Source of the DNA: an uncultured cyanobacterium | GTDB taxonomy: Bacteria > Cyanobacteriota > Cyanobacteriia > Cyanobacteriales > Nostocaceae | Direction: 5' to 3' | Length of the DNA stretch: 64,000 nucleotides | Assembly (NCBI GenBank): GCA_963740315.1 | Contig: CAVUDP010000002.1 | Coordinates: forward strand, 3,776,001-3,840,000 | Shown here: in pieces, positions 11,246 to 22,073 of the stretch | Layout of the letters: the number at the start of each line of letters is the position of its first letter | How positions within the stretch are numbered: the first letter of the stretch is position 1 | The notes under the pieces: model-generated | Database searches by the model: none | Told to the model about the DNA's origin: nothing | The model's input: only the letters and a program-made list of their open reading frames with translations | Made by a program: the position numbers and the translations under genes

Positions 11246-12391
11246 CTAGTCTTGTAGTTGCATTTGACGTATGGTTTGCCAAGCAAAGAAAAATTCAACG
11301 ATACCAAGTAATAATAAAATTGGAATATTATACCAAACACCAAACCAACCTGTTCCTCTCACAAATGCGTCGCGGGTTAGATTGAGATAATAACGTGCGG
11401 GGACAAAGTAAGAGATTACTGATAGCGGAAAGGGAATATTTGTGAGAGGGAATATAAAACCAGATAGCAACATTGCGGTCATAAATTTCACTGTTGCGAC
11501 TCCTTGAACTGCTGCACTTTGAGTTTTTGTTTTGACTCCGATTAAGACTCCTAATTGAATGCTAGTAAACAAAAATATTGGTGTCCCAACGATTAATGGT
11601 GTTGGATCGCCAGCAAAGCCTAAACCCCAAACTAAACAACCGATTGTAATAATAAAAATTGCTTCAAATATACCAATAATTGAATAGGCAAGGCTTTTAC
11701 CAAGTAATAGTTCTGTTGCGGTTAAACTTGAAGCATAGGTTTGAAGAATTGTCCCTTGTTCTTTTTCCTTAACAGTTGCGATCGCAGCAAGTAGGGGTGG
11801 GTAAATTGCTAAGACTATGGCAAAGGTTCCGGGAACAATATAAAATGCTTCTTTTCGTCCAGGGTTAAACCAAATTCTGGTGTCAGATGAAATTAATGTA
11901 ATCCCTGTTTGAATGCCGCTACTTTGGAGAAAAAATTGATTTGTAGCGCTAATACTGTTTTTGATGACACGAGCATTAGCAACATCTGTGCCATCAACAA
12001 TTACTTGAATATTAGTCGATTTATTCCCTTTAATCTGGTCGGAAAATTCCGGTGGAATAATTACTACTGCTCTGGCAATTCCTCTATCTATAGAATCTAT
12101 ATTCTGCTTCTTGGTTGTTGGTTTTGTGGCTAATTCAGATACAGGTAAATTACCAATCCAAGGAGCGGGTTTAAATTGATTGGTTGCAAATAAGCGTTCT
12201 ATATAACTACGACTGAGGGGACTATTATCGTAATCGACAATCGCTAATCCAATATTTTTGATTTCCAGTCGAATTGCAAAACCATAGATTAATAAAACAG
12301 CAAGAGGTAGAAAGAAAGCAAGGGCAACTGTTAATTTGTCTCGTTTAAATTGGACTAATTCTTTTTGGCATTGATTTAAAATACGTTTCAT
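11246..12391 (-). CDS. ABC-2 type transporter permease (YbhS-like)
   Basis: KEKEQGTILQ and WFNP motifs. Start reassigned to MKRILNQ at 12391. Confidence 0.88.
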   Translation of the reverse strand: MKRILNQCQKELVQFKRDKLTVALAFFLPLAVLLIYGFAIRLEIKNIGLAIVDYDNSPLSRSYIERLFATNQFKPAPWIGNLPVSELATKPTTKKQNIDSIDRGIARAVVIIPPEFSDQIKGNKSTNIQVIVDGTDVANARVIKNSISATNQFFLQSSGIQTGITLISSDTRIWFNPGRKEAFYIVPGTFAIVLAIYPPLLAAIATVKEKEQGTILQTYASSLTATELLLGKSLAYSIIGIFEAIFIITIGCLVWGLGFAGDPTPLIVGTPIFLFTSIQLGVLIGVKTKTQSAAVQGVATVKFMTAMLLSGFIFPLTNIPFPLSVISYFVPARYYLNLTRDAFVRGTGWFGVWYNIPILLLLGIVEFFFAWQTIRQMQLQD

Positions 12392-12393
12392 AA

Positions 12394-14361
12394 TTAATTC
12401 TGAGCGCGTTGGACAATACCAATAAATGCATCTTCTAAGGAAAAAGGAATAGCACGAAGAGAAATAATTTCTAAATTTGATTCTGCTAATAAAGAACGCA
12501 CTTGCATAATTTCGCGTTCGGGATCTTCTAAAACTATGTGGAGATTGGAGCCAAATAAAGAAACTTGCCAAGATTGAAAATGTAATTTTAAAATGTCATA
12601 AGCAACTTGTGGTCTATCAATTACTAATTCGATTAATTTTCCTGGTTGTTCGGATTTAACTTGTGTTGGTGAGCCTTGTGCTACCATTTCACCTGCAACC
12701 ATAAAACCCATCCGATGACAATGTTCTGCTTCTTCGAGGTAATGGGTTGTTACTAAGACTGCGGTTCCGTGGTGCGCTAAATCATCTATTAAACGCCAAA
12801 ATTGTCTTCTTGCTAAAGGATCTACACCAGATGTTGGTTCATCGAGAAACAAAATCTCCGGTTCGTGCATAATCGAAGCACCAAATGCAACCCGTTGTTT
12901 CCAACCTCCAGGTAGTCTTTTGGTGAGCATATTTTCTTGTCCAACTAAACCACAGGTTTCTAAAACCCAGTCAATTTTTTCTTGTCTTTGTTTGACAGGT
13001 ATTCCATAAACACCGCAGTAAAATTCCAGATTTTCAACAACACTCAAATCGTCATAAAGAGTAAATTTTTGACTCATATAACCGATACGCTGCCGAACAT
13101 CTGGACTACGTAAATTACCAACTTTCCCAGCTAGGGAAACTTCACCGCTTGTTTGTTTGAGAAGTCCGCACAACATTTTTATCGTTGTGGTTTTACCCGC
13201 ACCATTTGCACCTAAAAGTCCGTAAATCTCTCCATAGCTAACTTCTAAATTCACATTTTTTGTGGCATGGAAATCACCGTAGCTTTTCCAGAGATTTTTA
13301 GCTCCAATTGCAATAGCAGATTGATTATTTTGTATTTTAATAGTTTTAGTTCTGGGAAATGGAATAAACTTTGGGTCAGAACCTTGTTGTCGCAGACGGG
13401 TAACAAACACATTTTCTAGAGTTGCCTCACGGGTTTCAACACTTGCTTGAATGTGGTGATTTTCGAGAATTGATTTTATATATATCGTATCTGCTTGAAT
13501 ATTTTTTACGAGTACATCAAGTCTGTCACCAAATATTTGGATGTCGGTAATACTCGTAGTACCTGTATTTATAGCTTGCGATAAAAGTTTTTCAGTTAGC
13601 TGTAAGTTACTCGTTCGCAGTTCGAGACGATGCAAACCCAAATTAGAGCGTAATTCTTTTAAAGTACCAATTTGATGTATTAATCCGTCATACATCAAAG
13701 CAATGCAATCGCATCTTTCTGCTTCATCCAAATAAGGGGTTGCTACAACTATTGTCACTCCTTCTTGTGACAATTCCGCCAAAACATCCCAAAATTCTCG
13801 ACGGGATACAGGATCAACTCCTGTGGTAGGTTCATCTAATAGCAATACTTCGGGTTGGGAAATTAAAGCACAGCATAACGCTAATTTTTGCTTCATTCCT
13901 CCCGATAATTGTCCTGCCAAACGGCTATTAAATTTTTCCAAATTCATCAACCGTAAATATTTAATTCGACGTTCTTGATATCGTTGTTCGGGAACTTGCC
14001 GCAACCCCGCAGAATAACGTAGATTTTCATCGATACTTAAATCTAAATAAAGCGAAAATTGTTGTGTTAAATAACCTATTCCCAAACGTGCTTTGCGGGG
14101 AGAGCGATTGAGTATTTTCACATTTCCAGCAGTTGCTTCCATCACACCACCAAGAATATGAAAGGTCGTAGTTTTACCCGCACCATCGGGACCAATTAAA
14201 CCAAATATTTCACCTCGTTTGACTTCAAAGTTTATGCCGCGAATTGCTGGAAATTTATCATATTGCTTATATAGATTTTGAACATTAATTATCAAAGATT
14301 GAGGTTCAAATTCAGAATTTATATTTAGCTTTTTTAAGTCAATACTGTGATTTAGATTCAT
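12394..14361 (-). CDS. ABC transporter ATPase with two ATP-binding domains (YbhF-like)
   Basis: GPDGAGKTT / LSGGMKQ / LLDEPT and GANGAGKTT / LPGGWKQ / FLDEPT. Confidence 0.92.
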   Translation of the reverse strand: MNLNHSIDLKKLNINSEFEPQSLIINVQNLYKQYDKFPAIRGINFEVKRGEIFGLIGPDGAGKTTTFHILGGVMEATAGNVKILNRSPRKARLGIGYLTQQFSLYLDLSIDENLRYSAGLRQVPEQRYQERRIKYLRLMNLEKFNSRLAGQLSGGMKQKLALCCALISQPEVLLLDEPTTGVDPVSRREFWDVLAELSQEGVTIVVATPYLDEAERCDCIALMYDGLIHQIGTLKELRSNLGLHRLELRTSNLQLTEKLLSQAINTGTTSITDIQIFGDRLDVLVKNIQADTIYIKSILENHHIQASVETREATLENVFVTRLRQQGSDPKFIPFPRTKTIKIQNNQSAIAIGAKNLWKSYGDFHATKNVNLEVSYGEIYGLLGANGAGKTTTIKMLCGLLKQTSGEVSLAGKVGNLRSPDVRQRIGYMSQKFTLYDDLSVVENLEFYCGVYGIPVKQRQEKIDWVLETCGLVGQENMLTKRLPGGWKQRVAFGASIMHEPEILFLDEPTSGVDPLARRQFWRLIDDLAHHGTAVLVTTHYLEEAEHCHRMGFMVAGEMVAQGSPTQVKSEQPGKLIELVIDRPQVAYDILKLHFQSWQVSLFGSNLHIVLEDPEREIMQVRSLLAESNLEIISLRAIPFSLEDAFIGIVQRAQN

Positions 14362-14500
14362 GCTTGATTTTCCCCTCAACAAATCATGAATTTGATTCTA
14401 AGCGGGCTGTAATTGCTTCTCAAAAATTAATCGGACATAACCAAAAAGCAAATTAAATTAGGATAGCCAAATTGTTTAAAAACTTGGCAAGATGAAAAAT

Positions 14501-15799
14501 CTAATTACTTCCTAAATCAATTTCCGCATCTGCTGGCATTCCCGGTTTAGCCAATCCATCAGGTTGATCGATACTTAATTTTACGCCAAAAACCTGCTCG
14601 ACTCGATCTTGTTTAAAATAAATATTCTCTGGTGTAAAAGAAGCTTGAGTATCAATTGCACTGACGCGAGCAGATAAGGGTTTGTTAGGATTAGAATCAA
14701 GCCAAACTTTTGCCGTTCTCCCCACTTTGACTTTACCAATTTCGCCTTCAGGAATATAACCCCGCAAATACACAGTATTAGGATTGATTATTGTTAATAA
14801 AGTTCCCCCACTGCCAACAACTGTACCAGGTTCGACACTTCTTGCTGTCACAACACCATCAATCGGACTAACTACATTCAAATAGGCAATTTGCGCCAAA
14901 ATTTGTTTTTCTGTAGCTTGGGCATTTTTAACATCATCTTGAGCAGCATTAAATTGAGATTTTGCTATATTTAATTGTTTGCGAAGTTGTTGAATTTTAT
15001 TAATCTGAATATCTGGATTCAAACTTGTGGTTTGGGCTTGAGTTAATGCACCTTTTGCCACATTCACCTGTTTTATCGCCGCACTCACACCAGATTGACG
15101 TGCTTTAACTGCCGATTCTGCTGTTTCTAAACTTGTTTGTGCTTGGTCGTATTGTTGTTTATTGTATGCACCTTCAAAGTAAAGTGTTGCATATCTATCT
15201 CGCGTTATTTTTGCTAATTTCGCCGCAGAGATTATCGCATCTAATTGGGCTTTTGCTTCACTCAGTTGAGCTTCTGCTGCTGCTACCGTAGATTGGGCTT
15301 GGTCAATTTTTCCTTTAGCATCACCTTGAGATTGTTGAAGATTTAATTGTGCTTCTTCTATCTGATTTTCAATAATACTAATTTGTAAACTTGCTTGTTG
15401 AACTTGTTGCTGTGCTGCGCTAAGTTTTGCCCTGGCACCACTTAATTGTGCTTGAATTTCTGCATCATCTAATTTAGCAATCACCTCTCCTTTTGTTACC
15501 TTATCACCTTCTCTTACTGCAACAAAATTTACCCTTCCCGGAATCTTTGCACCGATGTCGGTTTCGTAACCTTCAATACGTCCGCTAAGTTGCAATCCGG
15601 TAGGTACCTGACGGTGTAAATAATACCAAGTTGATGTGGAGATACCTGCAATTATAGCTAAACCACCCAAAAATAGAATTAAAGGCTTTTTGCTTCGCTT
15701 GGGTTTTTCGGGAATCTGCGGAGATTCTTCTACCTGCGGTGGTGTGAGCGTTACTAGTTTTGATTCATTTTGCGGCTGAGGAACTAATGGGTTGTTCAT
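14501..15799 (-). CDS. HlyD-family membrane fusion protein
   Basis: N-terminal TM, SGRIEG, long coiled coil, ASFTPENIY. Confidence 0.92.
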   Translation of the reverse strand: MNNPLVPQPQNESKLVTLTPPQVEESPQIPEKPKRSKKPLILFLGGLAIIAGISTSTWYYLHRQVPTGLQLSGRIEGYETDIGAKIPGRVNFVAVREGDKVTKGEVIAKLDDAEIQAQLSGARAKLSAAQQQVQQASLQISIIENQIEEAQLNLQQSQGDAKGKIDQAQSTVAAAEAQLSEAKAQLDAIISAAKLAKITRDRYATLYFEGAYNKQQYDQAQTSLETAESAVKARQSGVSAAIKQVNVAKGALTQAQTTSLNPDIQINKIQQLRKQLNIAKSQFNAAQDDVKNAQATEKQILAQIAYLNVVSPIDGVVTARSVEPGTVVGSGGTLLTIINPNTVYLRGYIPEGEIGKVKVGRTAKVWLDSNPNKPLSARVSAIDTQASFTPENIYFKQDRVEQVFGVKLSIDQPDGLAKPGMPADAEIDLGSN

Positions 15800-15840
15800 A
15801 GCGCTAATCGGGGTAGATGTTATGAATTCATTCCACCTTG

Positions 15841-15872
15841 AGATTAGATTTTAAATGTGAAGAAGTTGTGAG
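15841..15872 (-). promoter_or_regulatory. CTCA-box promoter 2 (HlyD-ABC operon)
   Basis: CTCACAACTTCTTCACATT + 7 nt + TAATCT. Confidence 0.8.
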
Positions 15873-16117
15873 CATGGGAAAACAGAGTTACACAAAAACT
15901 GACTATGCGAAAAGCAACTATTCATCTTGGTTCAACAGCGAGTCTACAATCGGCTAAAAGAACTGCGATTCACTGAGTGAGAAGTAACCTGATGCAATGC
16001 TATCAATAGCTCATTTTAGTTCAGTATTATTACTGTTGACTCCGATTAAGATTCTTGATATCCAACATACATTTTTGAGACTTCCCAGGCATAGAATGCG
16101 TAAGATTCTTGGTTCAG

Positions 16118-17392
16118 TCACTTCCCACCGCGCACCAGACGAACGGCATTGTAGATACGTTGAGCATCGCCTTGGGGACCTTCACCAGTGGGATAATTTG
16201 CAGGATTGCCGCTTTTGGGATCGCTGCGCTGGGCACCCGCGCCATGGACATCTTGCCAGGTGTTGTCCATGTAGCCCATCGCTCGACCAAAGCTGACGTA
16301 GGCACCATGTGACCCAGGGGTATCGGCCCAGTTTGCATGGGTGGTGCTGCTCCAGTAGAAGCTGTAATCTTTTTGTCCGGCTTCGTTGGTAATTGAGGTG
16401 GCGTTGAACAGCGGATCTATAGCAGCAGAATTGGTGGTATCGGGCGAACGGCTGTAATCCAGAATACTGTGTAATTCTTTTACGTTGGGCAAGCGCCAGT
16501 CGCTATACCCCAGATACTTGACCGCATTTTTTGTTTTGACATAGGTGAGGGCTTCTTCCCAATTGAGTCCTTTGGGAGCGTCGCTGCCGCTGTCATTCTT
16601 AGCCCACATCAGACCTGTGGCATTATCTACGATTGTGTTGTTGCCGTTATCAACAAAAGCATTCACACCGTAGGTACTGTTTTGGCGAATACAACTGACA
16701 AACAAGGTTTTATCCTGCCCCCGCAGCGTCAATCCGTAACCTTTGATGCGCCCGTCGGCAAAGTTCACGCCGAAGATGTACCTATCAGGACCTACGTAGA
16801 AGGTGCTTGAGGCGTATTGCGAATCGATGATACGTTCACCAGCACTGGTTTCGCCATATGCGAAATCGAAGTAGTTGGTATCGATGAAGGGGATCAAGCC
16901 GGATATGTCGCTGCTTTCGTAACCGCTGGGGTCAATGCCGGTGAAATTCATCAGTGAATAGAGCTGCTTGATGGTCGGCAACTGCCAGTCATCGTGACCT
17001 GCCAGGGACAGGTTATCGCAGTAGGTGGCGGCTTTGTTGTAAGCAAGCTTGTCGGAGGCGGTGATACTACCGTCGCTATTGGTATCCGGGCTTTTCTGCC
17101 AAATCAGACCGGTGACATTATCGGTGACAGTTCCGTCACCATTGTCCGTGTAGTTGGGTTTGTTGCCGGTATATTGGGCATCCTGCCCTGAAAAACTGGT
17201 TTGCGAGCAAGTTATTTCGGCGCTGTCGTTGTAGCACTTGTCTTGGGCGGTATCCACAATGGGATAGGTCAGCGAAACAGTAGAATCCGCAGATGGCGTG
17301 GCATTGGAAGCAGTTTTACTTGCAGGGCTTGCACATGCCGCCAAAAAAATTGAAAATACTACATACAACAGGAAGGCTTTATTTGTCATCAT
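16118..17392 (-). CDS. DUF1566 (Lcl-domain) lipoprotein
   Basis: Lipobox LAAC and two DNGxxTVTDxxTGLxW...DWRLPxxKEL repeats. GC-richer than the host. Confidence 0.85.
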   Translation of the reverse strand: MMTNKAFLLYVVFSIFLAACASPASKTASNATPSADSTVSLTYPIVDTAQDKCYNDSAEITCSQTSFSGQDAQYTGNKPNYTDNGDGTVTDNVTGLIWQKSPDTNSDGSITASDKLAYNKAATYCDNLSLAGHDDWQLPTIKQLYSLMNFTGIDPSGYESSDISGLIPFIDTNYFDFAYGETSAGERIIDSQYASSTFYVGPDRYIFGVNFADGRIKGYGLTLRGQDKTLFVSCIRQNSTYGVNAFVDNGNNTIVDNATGLMWAKNDSGSDAPKGLNWEEALTYVKTKNAVKYLGYSDWRLPNVKELHSILDYSRSPDTTNSAAIDPLFNATSITNEAGQKDYSFYWSSTTHANWADTPGSHGAYVSFGRAMGYMDNTWQDVHGAGAQRSDPKSGNPANYPTGEGPQGDAQRIYNAVRLVRGGK

Positions 17393-17454
17393 TCTTTATG
17401 AATTGTGAGTTTATTTTCAAGTTTGAGAATTGTAAATTTATTTCCTTTTAAGAT

Positions 17455-17619
17455 GACCGTTTCCATCGCGGAGATCCATCTCGCAACCGTAAAGTAGAAG
17501 GAATTGGATTAGGTTTAAGTCTTGCTCGTGAAATTGTTCGCGCTCATAATGGCGAATTGATGCTAGATGCAGCGTTGGAAGGGGAGACATCTTTTAGTCT
17601 TAGTTTGCCGATGTTGTGA
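17455..17619 (+). pseudogene. C-terminal fragment of a sensor histidine kinase (HATPase_c F and G2 boxes)
   Basis: Manual translation gives DRFHRGDPSRNRKVEGIGLGLSLAREIVRAHNGELML...FSLSLPML*. An in-frame stop lies just upstream, so there is no start. Confidence 0.85.
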
Positions 17620-17806
17620 GGTTAAATAAAAATCAAAAATTTTCTGAGCAGTAGGTTGGGTTAGACCCATGGAGAATAAGGAGAACGATTTCTCCCATCC
17701 TAACGTAGCAGCCATCCTCAAAGGTAGCATCATTAATTGCCGAGCCACCACGAACAACATAAACATAAATGACCTTACTACCAACTAAAAATATACAAAA
17801 CTTTAC

Positions 17807-17838
17807 TTGACCGCCATATTACCGTATGGTTATATGAT
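17807..17838 (+). promoter_or_regulatory. Candidate promoter with overlapping palindromic operator
   Basis: TTGACC-20nt-TATGAT, overlapped by CATATTACC-GTAT-GGTTATATG (17815-17836). Confidence 0.45.
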
Positions 17839-17908
17839 ATATATATTTGGATTATTCACTATTGATGAATCAAACAAATTTCATCAAGGAATAAGGAGAG
17901 AAACAATT

Positions 17909-18250
17909 ATGAAACGCTTTTTAATTGCTAGTTTAGGAACTCTATTCTTGACAACTGGTGCTACACCAGTTTTTGCGGAAGAAGTAGTAAGTTCCCAGGA
18001 AAGCCGAAACCAAGTTACCAGAAATGTAAAACCATTTAACTTAGTTTCTCTCGCTTATCAAGGATATTTACGAGAGCAAGGTATTCCTGGCTATGACACT
18101 TTTATTAATAGTGTTAACTGTGGAGATATTAAGGCAAAAGACTTAGTTAAATGTGCCATTAATGTTGGTAGATTGTCTCCTGATACGATTAATAATCGTA
18201 GCTATCTCAGTTCCTTAGAAATCCAATTGCAAAGTATTTCTGAGGATTAA
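17909..18250 (+). CDS. Secreted cyanobacterial hypothetical protein
   Basis: RBS AGGAG, signal peptide MKRFLIASL...VFA, core PFNLVSLAYQGYLREQGIP. Confidence 0.75.
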   Translation: MKRFLIASLGTLFLTTGATPVFAEEVVSSQESRNQVTRNVKPFNLVSLAYQGYLREQGIPGYDTFINSVNCGDIKAKDLVKCAINVGRLSPDTINNRSYLSSLEIQLQSISED

Positions 18251-18296
18251 ATTAACGTGAAATAAGCTCAAAAACTTTATAGAATTGGGGTTAGGT

Positions 18297-18470
18297 ATGG
18301 GCAAATTATTTAACGAGCTTAAACAAGATATTCTATATCAACATGGGATGAATGCCTGTCTGAATTGCGGAGTCTGTACAGCAGTATGTCCCGCAGCGGA
18401 ATTTAATGATTATTCTCCCAGGGAAGTCATGAACACCTCCAATAAAAATCAGGATTGGTCAATAATCTAG
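18297..18470 (+). pseudogene. Truncated 4Fe-4S dicluster protein, HdrC-like N-terminus
   Basis: CLNCGVCTAVCP (CxxCxxCxxxCP) followed by DYSPR. The ORF stops before a second cluster motif. Confidence 0.7.
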
Positions 18471-18596
18471 CCCACTAAGGAAAAGCTTAGCACTAACAAT
18501 CTTCCGAGGCTCAATTGTAAACGTAAAATCCCTGAAAGGTAGTTTCAACACTAAATTCATGTAATTTGAATTAAAATGGAAAGGCAGCCCAATATT

Positions 18597-18613
18597 TTCA
18601 ATTTTTTTTGATG
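18597..18613 (+). promoter_or_regulatory. ArsR operator candidate overlapping the arsR start
   Basis: TTCAATTTTTTTTGATG, close to the Synechocystis ArsR box ATCAAGTTTTTTTGATG. Confidence 0.65.
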
Positions 18614-18934
18614 CAAGTTACTTATACTCATACAAACGACATTATTGCTGGGTTTCATGCTCTGTCGGAGCCACTGCGGATTCAAGTTTTGCAATTACTC
18701 AGAAAACAAGAAATGTGTGTATGTGACTTGTGCGATATTTTAGGGGTAAGTCAATCTAAGCTATCTTTTCATCTCAAAACTCTTAAAGAAGCTAAATTAG
18801 TTTATGCTCGTCAGGAAGGACGCTGGATTTATTACAGTCTCAACTCGGCTCAGTTTGAGGTTTTAGAGCATTACCTCGCACAATACCGTCTCATCAACCA
18901 AATATTGCCCGCACACTCTTGTAAAGATTCTTAA
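18608..18934 (+). CDS. arsR: ArsR family As(III)-responsive repressor
   Basis: EMCVCDL metal box, QSKLSFHLK HTH, operon context. Confidence 0.92.
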   Translation: MMQVTYTHTNDIIAGFHALSEPLRIQVLQLLRKQEMCVCDLCDILGVSQSKLSFHLKTLKEAKLVYARQEGRWIYYSLNSAQFEVLEHYLAQYRLINQILPAHSCKDS

Positions 18935-18978
18935 TACATCTCTCAAGTATCAATATCATTAAAAATATTGACAGTTGC

Positions 18979-19047
18979 ATCAATTTTTTTTGATTCATTT
19001 TTCAATTTTGTGATACTGTTTACTTGATACATCAATTTTTTTTGAAA
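18979..19047 (+). promoter_or_regulatory. Two ArsR operator candidates upstream of pstS
   Basis: ATCAATTTTTTTTGATT (18979-18995) and ATCAATTTTTTTTGAAA (19031-19047). Confidence 0.7.
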
Positions 19048-19086
19048 TGATAGAGATGTTCCCTTGAAGTTAATGTAGGCACTACC

Positions 19087-20154
19087 ATGAAAGCAACAGA
19101 AAAGAAAATAGCTCTGGTGCTATGGATATTAGTTCTGACGGCTAGCTGTACAAATACATCTAACACTTCTAGCACAACCCAGTCACAGGAAAATATATCT
19201 GAGGTTAGTAATTCTCAAGCGCTGGAGACAATTCAGATTGATGGTTCGAGTACGGTATATCCGATTACAGAAGCTATTGCTAAAGAATTCCAAGAGCAGA
19301 GTCAAGTAGACGTAAAAGTAGACGTTTCCGGTACTACAGGAGGCTTTGAAAGATTTTGTAAAGGAGAAACAGATATTAGTAACGCTTCTCGTCCAATTTT
19401 GAAGCAAGAATTGAAAACCTGTACCACCAACGGGGTAATTTTTACCGAGCTTCCTATAGCTTTTGATGCTCTAACTGTAGCGGTAAATCCTCAAAATAAT
19501 TGGGCAAAAGATATTACGTTAGCTGAATTGAAGAAGATTTGGCAACCAGCAGCCCAAGGAAAGATTACCAATTGGCAACAGGTACGCGCTTCTTTCCCCG
19601 ATAAACCACTGAATTTATATGGTGCTGGCGATAAATCAGGTACCTATGATTACTTTACAAAAGCGGTAGTAGGAAAAACGGGAGATAGCCGCACCGACTA
19701 TACAGCCAGCGAAGACGATGAAGTTTTAGTTTCTGGCATCAGTAAAGACCCCAATGCCTTGGGTTATTTTGGTTATGCGTATTACGAACAAAACCAAGAT
19801 AAATTAAAAGCTTTGGGTATAGATAATGGAAAAGGAGCAGTATTCCCTGCAAAAGAAACGGTTGAAAAAGCAGAGTATCAACCACTTTCTCGTCCTTTGT
19901 TTATCTACGTAAATATTAAGTCCGCTCAGAAAAAGGAAGCACTTAGAGATTTTGTAAATTTCTATATTGAAAAAGCGCCTACAAAAGTTAGTTCTGTAGG
20001 GTATGTACCTTTACCAGAAGATGCTTATAGCCTAGATAAGCTTCATTTTACTAGAGGTAAAGCAGGAACGGTATTTGAGGGAGAAGCCCGTTTGGATTTA
20101 ACTATTGGTGAAGTGTTGAGAAAACGAGCCGAATTTTTAGAAAAAACACCATAG
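19087..20154 (+). CDS. pstS: PstS-family phosphate-binding lipoprotein
   Basis: [23 protein letters not shown] and [11 protein letters not shown] motifs. Confidence 0.92.
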   Translation: MKATEKKIALVLWILVLTASCTNTSNTSSTTQSQENISEVSNSQALETIQIDGSSTVYPITEAIAKEFQEQSQVDVKVDVSGTTGGFERFCKGETDISNASRPILKQELKTCTTNGVIFTELPIAFDALTVAVNPQNNWAKDITLAELKKIWQPAAQGKITNWQQVRASFPDKPLNLYGAGDKSGTYDYFTKAVVGKTGDSRTDYTASEDDEVLVSGISKDPNALGYFGYAYYEQNQDKLKALGIDNGKGAVFPAKETVEKAEYQPLSRPLFIYVNIKSAQKKEALRDFVNFYIEKAPTKVSSVGYVPLPEDAYSLDKLHFTRGKAGTVFEGEARLDLTIGEVLRKRAEFLEKTP

Positions 20155-20173
20155 GAGTTTCAGGGTTATACAG

Positions 20174-21352
20174 ATGAGTAGAAGCGATTCGCAAGCGCGT
20201 AAAGCACCAGTTAAAGCTGGAAGTAATCTGAGTTTTTTTGAAAAATACCTGACAGTTTGGGTCTTTTTCTGCATTATTGCCGGGATTGCATTGGGAAGAA
20301 CATTTCCTGGGATAGCAACCGCATTGGATGCTATGAGCGTGTTTCAGGTATCTATTCCTATCGCGGTATGTTTATTTTTCATGATGTATCCCATCATGGT
20401 AAAAATAGATTTCAGCCAAGCTGTTCATGCTATCCGCGCTCCCAAGCCTGTAATTCTTACCTTAGTGATTAACTGGTTGATTAAACCATTTACTATGGTT
20501 GCGTTTGCTCAGTTTTTCTTAGGATGGTTATTTCGTCCTTTAATTGAGGGAAGCGAGATAATTCGCGGTAGCGAAGTTGCGCTGTCAAATTCCTACATTG
20601 CTGGTGCGATTCTGTTGGGAATTGCCCCTTGTACTGCAATGGTACTGATGTGGGGATATCTTTCGTACAGCAATCAAGGACACACCTTGGTAATGGTGGC
20701 AGTAAATTCCTTGGCAATGTTGTTTTTATATGCACCTTTGGGTAGGTGGTTGCTGGCAGCTAATAATTTAACCGTACCTTGGCAAACTATTGTCCTGTCG
20801 GTGTTGATTTATGTAGGATTGCCGTTAGTAGCAGGGATATTCAGCCGTTACTGGATTTTGAAAAACAAAGGTAGGGAATGGTTTGAAAGGCGATTTTTAA
20901 AGTATTTAACTCCAATTTCCATTACTGCTTTACTGTTAACTTTGGTACTACTGTTTGCCTTTAAAGGCGAATTAATTGTAGAAAATCCCCTGCACATCTT
21001 ATTAATTGCCGTACCCCTATTTATCCAAACCAACTTCATCTTCTTGATTGCATATGTAGCAGCGCTGAAGCTAAATTTATCCTACGAAGATGCCGCACCC
21101 GCAGCTTTAATTGGTGCTAGCAATCACTTTGAAGTCGCTATTGCTACGGCAGTTATGTTGTTTGGCTTGAATTCCGGTGCAGCCTTAGCAACAGTAGTGG
21201 GCGTTTTGATTGAGGTGCCAGTGATGTTGATGTTAGTTGAATTCTGTAAACGTACCGCAGCTTGGTTTCCACGGGAACCAGAAAAAGCGACTCTGCGCGA
21301 TCCACGCCCAGCTTTAATGGTACGGATGAATAACGATAGTTCATCCAGGTAA
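20174..21352 (+). CDS. acr3: Acr3-family arsenite efflux pump
   Basis: [26 protein letters not shown] and [10 protein letters not shown] motifs. Confidence 0.95.
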   Translation: MSRSDSQARKAPVKAGSNLSFFEKYLTVWVFFCIIAGIALGRTFPGIATALDAMSVFQVSIPIAVCLFFMMYPIMVKIDFSQAVHAIRAPKPVILTLVINWLIKPFTMVAFAQFFLGWLFRPLIEGSEIIRGSEVALSNSYIAGAILLGIAPCTAMVLMWGYLSYSNQGHTLVMVAVNSLAMLFLYAPLGRWLLAANNLTVPWQTIVLSVLIYVGLPLVAGIFSRYWILKNKGREWFERRFLKYLTPISITALLLTLVLLFAFKGELIVENPLHILLIAVPLFIQTNFIFLIAYVAALKLNLSYEDAAPAALIGASNHFEVAIATAVMLFGLNSGAALATVVGVLIEVPVMLMLVEFCKRTAAWFPREPEKATLRDPRPALMVRMNNDSSSR

Positions 21353-21356
21353 TATT

Positions 21357-22007
21357 ATGACCGATTTTAATCATCCGCCCAGAATATTGTTTTTATACGG
21401 CTCCTTACGAGAGCGTTCTTACAGTCGGCTTGCAGCAGAAGAAGCAGCCCGAATCATTGAGGGATTTGGTGCAGAAGTCAAGTTTTTTCATCCTCATGAC
21501 TTACCGATTCGAGGCAGCGTACCCGAATCCCATGCCAAAGTTCAAGAACTACGGGAATTAAGCCAATGGTCAGAAGGTCAAGTTTGGTCATCTCCAGAAA
21601 TGCACGGTAATCTTACTGGCATTCTCAAGAATCAAATTGACTGGATTCCTTTAAGTATAGGAGCGGTTAGACCAACTCAAGGAAGAACTTTGGCTGTAAT
21701 GCAAGTCAGCGGTGGTTCTCAATCTTTCAACGCTGTAAATTCGATGCGCCTTTTAGGACGTTGGATGCGGATGTTTACCATTCCCAATCAATCTTCCGTT
21801 GCTAAAGCTTACCAAGAGTTTAACGAAGACGGAACCATGAAAGATTCTCCTTATCGAGATAGGGTAATTGATGTCATGGAAGAATTGTATAAATTTACCT
21901 TGCTGTTGCGCTCCGAAGTAGATTATTTTACCGACCGCTACAGCGAACGCAAACAAGAAGCAATCAAAGCAGGTATCAGCGTGGATACTTGTTTGCCCAA
22001 GTTTTAG
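21357..22007 (+). CDS. arsH: ArsH flavoprotein
   Basis: [21 protein letters not shown] and [12 protein letters not shown] motifs. Confidence 0.96.
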   Translation: MTDFNHPPRILFLYGSLRERSYSRLAAEEAARIIEGFGAEVKFFHPHDLPIRGSVPESHAKVQELRELSQWSEGQVWSSPEMHGNLTGILKNQIDWIPLSIGAVRPTQGRTLAVMQVSGGSQSFNAVNSMRLLGRWMRMFTIPNQSSVAKAYQEFNEDGTMKDSPYRDRVIDVMEELYKFTLLLRSEVDYFTDRYSERKQEAIKAGISVDTCLPKF

Positions 22008-22073
22008 CACTTTTTCAATTCTGTTAAAAGTTTTTCCACTCAACCGTTCATTAATTTCATAATAGGTAATACC

